Assembly: GCA_039096225.1 (NCBI GenBank)
Contig: JBBPEB010000029.1
Coordinates: 682,001-746,000 of the forward strand
Reading direction: 5' to 3'
Source of the DNA: Blastocystis sp. Blastoise
Taxonomy: Eukaryota; Protista; Bigyra: Opalinata
DNA: 64,000 bases
The notes beneath the pieces were generated by a model. It was not told the DNA's origin and made no database searches. It saw nothing but the letters and a program-made list of their open reading frames with translations. A program made the translations under genes and the position numbers. Position 1 is the first letter of the stretch; each line of letters begins with the position of its first letter. Below, piece after piece: positions 55,224 to 64,000 of the stretch.

Positions 55224-56792
55224 TTAAATAAAAGTGACAAGTTTCTCATTAATATCATACATAACTTTATCATAATATTTCATTCCATATAATGCATCCA
55301 TTGCTTGTTTATAATTCTTAGAGTTATAGGTATTTATAAAATCTAATTCGAAATCATGAAAACGTTTTTCTGCTTGTTTTAAATATTGTTTTAATTCTTT
55401 TGCTGATTTTGTCATATCAATTTCTTCACTAGAAAATAATAATACTCATTAGTCATATAAAAATATAAGAAGTAAATATAGAAGAGATAATATAGAAGAG
55501 ATAATAAAGAAGAGTATATATACAATAAAGATACTTTAATTCCATGATTTCCATGAGAAGCATCGGAGACGCAGGAACTGACACTTTTCCCTCACCAAGA
55601 ACGTCATTTCCCGTTTGAATATATAACTATAATAATTATTCAATAGAATAATAATAAAATAATAATATAATTATTCAATAGAATAATAATAAAATAATAA
55701 TATAATTATTCAATAGAATAATAATAAAATAATAATATAATTATTCAATAGAATAATAATAAAATAATAATATAATTATTCAATAAAATAATAATAAAAT
55801 AATAATATAATTATTCAATAAAATAATAATAAAATAATAATATAATTATTCAATAAAATAATAATATAATTATTCAATAAAATAATAATAAAATAATAAT
55901 ATAATTATTCAATAGAATAATAATATAATTATTCAATAAAATAATAATAAAATAATAATATAATTATTCAATAGAATAATAATATAATTATTAATAGAAT
56001 AATAATAGAATAATACTATGATCAACTATATAAAAGATAATTAGCTCTTTTTACAGGATTTTTTATTTTTTCATAAGCCTGATTCACTATACTAGAGACA
56101 GTTGCTGCTATATCCTTTTCCTTCTATAGTATATAATATATCTGTAAGAATACCAAATATAGTAATAAATAGAATATAAATACAATACAAAAAAAATATA
56201 TACAATACAAAAATAATAAAATACTATAAATACAATATAATATAACTTTAATATAACTATAACACATACTTGTGATTTTTGAGAGAATAAATCAGGATGT
56301 AATTTACGTTGTAAATTATGGAAGCTTTCTAATAGTACTTTCATATCTATATCATATTTAGGCTCTCTATATAACATACATTATAAATATATTATTTAAA
56401 ATAAATTAATAATAACAAATATATGTAATACATAATAATACTACAATAGGAATACTAATTATATACAGATTAAACATCTTAAAATAATCTGAAGGAGATG
56501 AAGAAACTTCTATAAAAGGAAGAATCTTCTTACATTTATGACAAAAACGGTCATTACAATCATTAAAAGAAGCACAATTCCAACATTTTGTTAAATGTTC
56601 ACATTGATCACAACTAGATGCACATTTAACATCTCCATTACAATGACAAGCAGAACCAAAATAACGTTTCGAATTGTGTTCCATATTAAGCATATTTTGT
56701 GAAAAGACAGATATAGAGCTTATAGAAACTCTTGCTACTGATTTATGAAGAAGTAGAAATGTTTTTGGAGCAATAGTAAGAATCTTATTCAT
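55224..56792 (-). CDS. HSCB: Fe-S cluster co-chaperone HscB/Jac1
   Basis: CWNC...FCHKC zinc site, DYF.MF, LQRKLHPDLF (J-domain HPD), VNQAY..KNPVKRANYL and LLMEIME.NE. Confidence 0.9.
55630..56000. repeat. ~35-bp intronic minisatellite in HscB intron 3
   Basis: About 10 copies of aataataataaaataataatataattattcaatag, some shortened. Confidence 0.85.
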
Positions 56793-57048
56793 TGTTTTTA
56801 AAATAACTATCTATATAAATCATAAAATAAACAAATCAACTTTCATATATCAGATACAAATAAATAAATTAATACGAAATCAATAGATTATTGAAAAAAG
56901 AAATATGTGTTGAATAATGGTGTAGAAAAGGTAGAACCTTGATTTTTCCTTGAAAATGGCGACTTTTTTAAAAATAACAAAATGATTATAAATTAAATAT
57001 AATAGATAAAGGATTAAACGATATTGAATTATTATTTAATTGATAGAA

Positions 57049-58191
57049 ATGGATAGAAGAGATCATGGTCGCCATAGTGATCGTGATGAGCATCGAAGTT
57101 CTTCTCATACACTATTAGGCACTTTTGACCTTTTAGAATAAATGATTGGCAAAATTCACATTTTTATCCAATCATTTTTCTTAAAGCGTCAAAATGCCTA
57201 ATAGTGATACTCATCATCGTCGTCACGAATCTTCTTCTAGAAGAAGCTCTAGTAGATCTGAACATCGTAATCTAGATCGAAAGAGAGATACAAATCATTC
57301 TAGCCATGAACATCATGGTCGTTCTAAGAGTCCTTACTATGAAACAAATAGACATACTAGTCCATATAGATCTAGTAGCAAAGCATCAGATTCTCATCAT
57401 AGTAAGTCCAACTATAGTGAACATTCTCACCGAAATCGTTCTAGATCAGGTCATTCTTCAATAACAACTAGTCCTGAGAAACCCAAATTTAGTTATATAG
57501 ATACACAAACACAAACGAATATGGAATCAAAGATCAAAGAAGATAAAATCGTTGAAACACAAGATTCTAATGAAGTATCAGTTGCTTCTACAGTTGATAT
57601 TCTAGATAATAAATCTCCAGAACAACCTTCTTTATCAAACGATACAACTGTGAATTCAACTAATGATTCTAATGATGATAAAAAAATAAATATAGATAAT
57701 AATAAAGATAAAAATATAAATATAGATAATAAAGATACCTTAAATAATAATAAAAATACCTTAAATACAAATATGGATATAGAAATGTCTTCAGAAATAA
57801 AGTCTTCTGTGGAACCTATTCGTGTTCCGTCAGGTTTCTCCTTTGAAGCCCCTCCCGCTAAGAGTATTTCTTTGTCGCTTCCCTCCCTCAAAACAAATTC
57901 TACTACGAATAAACCACTTATACTCTCTCTTAATAAACCTAGTTTAACTGTATATTATATTATTATTTATTATATATATTTAAATTATAATCCTGTTTTT
58001 GTTTATGTTCTTTTTCAATATATATATATATGTTTAATATTTATATTTATAATAATTATTAAAATTTTTATTATAATAAATAATATATATATATATATAT
58101 AGACATCTAAACCAATTAGTCTCTCGTTTCCCGCGTCTACAAAGCGCGCTATTCCTTCTCTTGGATTCAATACAACAAAACCTAAAGTATT

Positions 58192-58248
<57 letters not shown>

Positions 58249-58409
58249 TATTCTATATATATATAAATATATTCTATTCTATATAGATATAAACATATTC
58301 TATTCTATATATATATAGGTTGCTTCTATTTTTATGAAGCCTACAACTACTTCTCATTCAAATAGTATATATATATATGAATATTATAAGATAATTATAA
58401 TTTCCATAT

Positions 58410-58446
<37 letters not shown>

Positions 58447-61228
58447 TACAAAGCCTATTTCTTCAAGTCATGCATCATCTCTGTCAGAAAAGTCAAATAA
58501 CCGCGGGAATAAGAGTCAGTCAGTTGATGATGATATTGATCCTCTGGATGCATATATGAAGGAAATCAATGTATATAATTATAATAATAATAAATATAAT
58601 AATAAATATAATAATAAATATAATAAAAAAACTATATATATAGGCTGAAGCTAGTCGTTCTGTGCAGGAAGCGAAAGCGAAGGAAGAAGCAGAGTATCAG
58701 GAGAAACGTCGAAAGGAGGAAGAGGAGGAGAAGGAGAATAAGAAGGAAGAAGAGAAGGAGAATAAAGTCATTACTTATGAAGATATCGTGTATGATTCTA
58801 TATATATATATACTATTATTATTATTCATATGTTATTTTATAAGTATATATTCTTATATATATATAGTAAGTCGATGACCCCTCAAGCTGAATCTGCTGA
58901 AATGGAAAGCACGGATGATGAAGAGAACGAACAATATCTCAAGGAATTCAGAGAAGCACTTAAAAAACAAGTATTTATATATAGTGTATCAGTTATTTAT
59001 TGTTTTTAGCATTATATGTATACTATTTTTATATTTATTCTCATATATATATATATATATATATATAATAAATGAAATTATCTTATTACGTTTCTTTATA
59101 TATAGAGAGAAGAAGAAGAGAAAAAAATCCAAGATGAAAAATTAAAACAAAAGATTCAGTCTGATTTAGGCTTTGCTGAAAAAGTATGAATTGAAATATT
59201 CTGTTTTTTAAATCATTTTATTCAAGTTTATATATATATATGTATTTATTATTTGCAATTAATATATATCTTATTTGTGTCTGTCCTCTCTTTCAACAAT
59301 TTCTATAATCCATGTATGTAGGATGACGATGTCATCGTCGATGAAATCGAAGGCATTGAACCGACTGCACTAGATCTATTTCAAAAGAAAATGCAGAAAA
59401 AAGTTATTACAGTATATTTTATATATTATATTATATATTTATAATTATAAATAAATAATGTTTATATATATATGTATATAATTATATATAAATAGCCTGT
59501 AGATCATTCTCAAATGCATTATATTTCTATTCGAAAGGATTTCTTTATTATTCCCCCTGCTGTTAAGAATATGAATAAAGTATATATATATTCATATATA
59601 TATTCATAATATATAATAATTTTTCTATATATAAATGAATAGTATTATATCTCAATATATATATATATTAATATTATTATTTCTCTATATACTATACAAT
59701 ATTATTAATTATATATATATAGGAGGAGATAGATAATGTACGTGAATCATGGAAGATGAAAATTCGTGGAAAAGACTATCCTCCTCCAATTTTCAGCTGG
59801 GTTCAGACAGGCTTAAATGAGAAGATATTATTCTTAATTAATAAATATAAATATGAAAAACCATTCCCTATTCAATCACAAGTATATATATATATATATA
59901 CTATTATATTTATTATTATTATCATCTCTATATGATTCATCTAGGCTATTCCCACGATTATGACGGGTCGTGATGTTATTGCTGTTGCTCGTACTGGCTC
60001 TGGAAAGACACTTGCGTATTTATTACCTATGTTTAGACATATACTAGATCAACCGAAACTTATGGTATATATATATATATAGTTATTATTATGTTTATTA
60101 TTATGATTATGATTTATTCTATTAATAAGCTTCTTTTTATATTTTTATCTAATAATTTATGTATTATATATTATCATCTATTATAATCATTATTAGAATA
60201 AACTTTTTTATAAACAAATGTTATTGTTATTTATTCCATTGATATAACTCTATTATACTATTGAATTGTGTTTTAGGAAGGTGAGGGACCTATTGCTATT
60301 ATCATGGCACCTGCACGTGAGCTAGTAACACAAATCGCAAAAGAAGCCAATAAGTTTGCTAAGCTATTGAATCTACGTGTGACGAGCGTGTACGGAGGAA
60401 GCGTCGTCAGCGAACAGATTAACGCCATGAAACGAGGAACTGATATTGTTGTTTGTACACCTGGTATATATATATTTAATTGTTTAACAAATATTATTTT
60501 TCTTATATATGTATATTTTTTTTAAGATTTTATTTTATTATTATAACTATTTTCTTTTGGTTTCTTTATGTTTCTATTTCTATTTCTTTCTATTTCTTTC
60601 TATCTCCTTCTTTATTTATCTTCTTCTCTATATATCTCCTTCTATATCTATCTCTTTCTCTATCTATCTATCTTTCTCTATTTCTCCATCTCCTTCTCTA
60701 TCTAGGTCGTATGATAGATATCTTATGTATGAACAGTGGTCGATTATTATCCTTAAGTCGTGTGTCTTTTGTTGTTCTTGATGAGGCAGATAGAATGTTA
60801 GATATGGGATTTGAACCACAAGTATATATATATAATAATAATATTATTATTATTATTTATTACTTTTGATAGAGAATAAATATGTATTGAATATACAACA
60901 TATTCTATTAAAATTTATTAAATACTTTATGTATTATATATATATAGATATCGATGATATTAAATAATATTCGTCCGGATCGTCAATTAGTTATGTTTAG
61001 CGCTACATTCCCCACTCATGTTGAAAAGATGGCTATAGAGATGTTAAAGAAACCTATAATGATTATGATTGGAGGGCGGGCAGAAGTGGCGGGAGAAGTA
61101 GATCAATATGTAGAAGTCATAAGAAAAGAAAATAAATGGTTACGATTATTACAATTATTAGGTACTTGGAACACAAAGGGACTTATATTAATATTTGTAG
61201 ATACACAACAAAAAGCGGATCAAGTATA

Positions 61229-61302
<74 letters not shown>

Positions 61303-61999
61303 GAGATTTGTTATTTTTTAACAATCTATATATATATTTAACTAATTATTCTATATCATTTATATTGATTCTATATATAGTTATCATGTGATTTAAAACG
61401 TAACGGTTATTTTACCGTTGCACTTCATGGTGGAATGGACCAATTGGATCGTGATCAAGCTATTAGTGATTTTAAGAATCAAATAAGTACCATTATGGTA
61501 GCTACTTCTGTAGCAGGTCGTGGATTAGATGTTAAAGACTTAGTTCTTGTTATTAATTATGATTGTCCTAACCATCTTGAAGATTATGTATATATATATT
61601 ATTATACTTATTATACTTATTGTTATTTTCTTTATTCTTAATAATATTATTATTATATATATAAAGGTACATCGTGTTGGTCGTACAGGTCGAGCTGGTG
61701 AGATTGGTACGGCGTTCACATTTATCACTCCCGAAGAGGATCGTTACGCGAAAGATCTTGTAACGGCATTGAGAAAGAGTACACTCCCTGTTCCTGAAGA
61801 ACTCCAAGCATTAGCTGATAATTTTGAGATGAAAGTGAAAGCTGGTGAAGCGAAACGAAGAATTAGTGGATATATCACAAAAGGTTATAAGTTTACAGAA
61901 GAGGAGATAGGTGCAAGTGAATTAGAGAAGAATATGCAACGTCGTCAGTTTGAGATCGAAGGAGGTCTTATCACGGAACAACAAGCACTTGATGAAGAA

Positions 62000-62073
<74 letters not shown>

Positions 62074-63039
62074 ATATAAACCTATAAATAACAATATATA
62101 TATATAGCAAGAAGAGAATGAGATTCGTTCTAAATTACATCTTCAACTGTATAAACCACAAGATATATCTGCATTTACAGAAATTAATACCTCCCCGAAA
62201 CCTACTTCTCCTTCCTCCCCTAAAGCGACTTCTCCTTCTTCTTCTCCTCATCCTACTTCTCCTACTACACAAACATCACCCCATCCTACGACAGACTTTG
62301 ACTCCCTACCCAAGAGCGTCGTAGAAGCTGCCAAAGCTGCTGAAAGTGTCGGCTTAACTATTGATGCTTCAAGTAAAAAGAGTATATAAATATATATTTA
62401 ATATTTAAAAATGAATTATTCTATACATAATAATATTTGTGTTTTTTTTAAAATTTTTATTATATATGTTTTAGTTTATATTATTATTCATTCCATTGCT
62501 ATATATATATTTATTATTATTACTAGAATCATATTGAATATATATATATAGATGAAGAGTTAACTCCTTTAGAATTGGCTCAAAAACGTGCTGAAGAGTT
62601 GAAGAAGACTGGATTTATTGCTGCCGCCAAAGATGCAAATAAGGAAGTTATAAGCGCGGCAATGAAGGCAGTTCAAGCTCTTAATATGAAGATAAAGAAA
62701 GTAGATGGTATTCAGAAGCATATAGTAAATGATAAAGTATTATACCAATGGGATGTTGAGATAAATGATTATCCTCAGAAGGCGCGTCAGCGTATAACTA
62801 CACGTACAGAGATGGAACGTATCATGGAAGATACACATACGTCATTAACGTTACGTGGTACATATATACAACCGGGTAAAGTAGCATTATTGGGACAAGT
62901 TAAATTATATTTAGCAGTTGAGGGAGAAAACCCTATATGTGTACAAGAAGGTCGAAATGAAGTTATTCGTATCTTAGAAGAAGTTACTCGAGAAACTGGA
63001 TTCGATGAACAAGCTTATGGAAAATATCAAGTTGCTTAA
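57049..63039 (+). CDS. PRP5: DEAD-box helicase Prp5/DDX46
   Basis: RS/H-rich N-terminus, [36 protein letters not shown] and a C-terminal KH-like [10 protein letters not shown]...GKYQV. About 17 introns. Confidence 0.92.
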
Positions 63040-64000
63040 GAATAGATATATATAATAATATATTTAATAAACATATTATCATTGTTCTCTATTCTTTATA
63101 TATTAACTTTTCTTTTTATGGATACATTTTATTGTTGTGCAATATGTTTTTAATATATATAAACATATATAAATGACAATAACAACTTGTTTTCTCTATT
63201 ATGCGTTATCATCAAGATTTTGTTGTTTTTATATATGAAAACTTTTAAGAATATAATATCATATTATATTTGATCATTAAAAATAATGTTAAGATTATAT
63301 ATCGTCATCTAAACAACAAAACATAATTGTTATAAAATTTTAGTCTTTATTCTTATTATTATAATTTTTATTAAAAAACTAATTATAAACTTATTATTCT
63401 TGATAAATATACAATTTAATTATATAAAAACGTTTTTATGAAAAAATCCATAAGTCAAGTATATTCTGTGAATATATATATAAGAAAACAATAATAAAAA
63501 AAATTATAAAGTATTTAATATTAAAATTAAGACATATATGCGTATGTAATGCACATTATATATAGAAACATAAATAAATATAACAAGCAAAAACAATGCA
63601 AATGAAATAACAAATAAAAAAACATAGAAATTATGGAAATAAATAAAAAAAAAAAATACACAAAAAGAAAAATATTTTGAAATATATGAAGAAACATATA
63701 AGAAATGTAATTGAAAAAGAATTATCAATGAAAATTAAAAAAATAAATAAATAAATATATTTATACAAGCCTATATGTAGAAAAAACTGTAAAAATAATT
63801 ATGACAATAACTGAAAGTAAATTAATAAACCTAATTATAAAAAATAATGTATAAATAAAGATATAAAAATAATAAAAAAAAAAACAAATATATATATGTA
63901 CATATATTACACAATAACCATTATTTTTCGTCATTTTTAATGACTTTTACTTGATTGATTTTCTTTGGTATTTTTTTATATATAAAATATTTACAAAGAA

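Noticed and set aside
55430-55535. HscB intron 4 (GTATCTTT donor) as a GT-AG U12 intron
   Set aside because: No TCCTTAAY-like branch point near the acceptor; unresolved.
63040-64000. ORF 63504-63728 and the terminal AT-rich region
   Set aside because: Low complexity with no recognisable coding signal; treated as UTR or intergenic.

Overview
Very AT-rich, intron-dense eukaryotic genomic DNA. The gene content, short introns, U12 introns and an MLSS-type organellar presequence suggest a stramenopile such as an AT-rich Blastocystis-like lineage (inference). I reconstructed 17 protein genes by hand: NPF-repeat pseudokinase, CCCH/3'-5' exonuclease, MAT2B/RmlD-like, Lsm10-like, ferredoxin, amino-acid transporter, BRCA2, 6PGD, UAP56, FN3 tail-anchored protein, MTI phosphorylase-MTA deaminase fusion, SLC35A transporter, mitochondrial S6, RPL29, two hypothetical proteins, HscB and Prp5. 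There is also a nested, decayed hAT transposon and a 49-bp inverted repeat. The best signals are invisible in the ORF track: (1) a candidate telomerase RNA at ~10.6-10.86 kb (template CUUACCCU, pseudoknot, 3' three-way junction, oligo-T) predicting TAAGGG telomeres; (2) an RNase MRP RNA interrupted by a GT-AG spliceosomal-type intron; (3) four U12-type AT-AC introns; (4) about ten introns with non-GT or non-AG ends whose deviant base always matches the spliced mRNA junction, which is either an RNA-polishing artefact or cDNA-templated conversion; (5) a recurrent CpG-containing CC(R)(Y)GGGA motif written into exons through rare codons. All exon structures and folds are manual and unverified.
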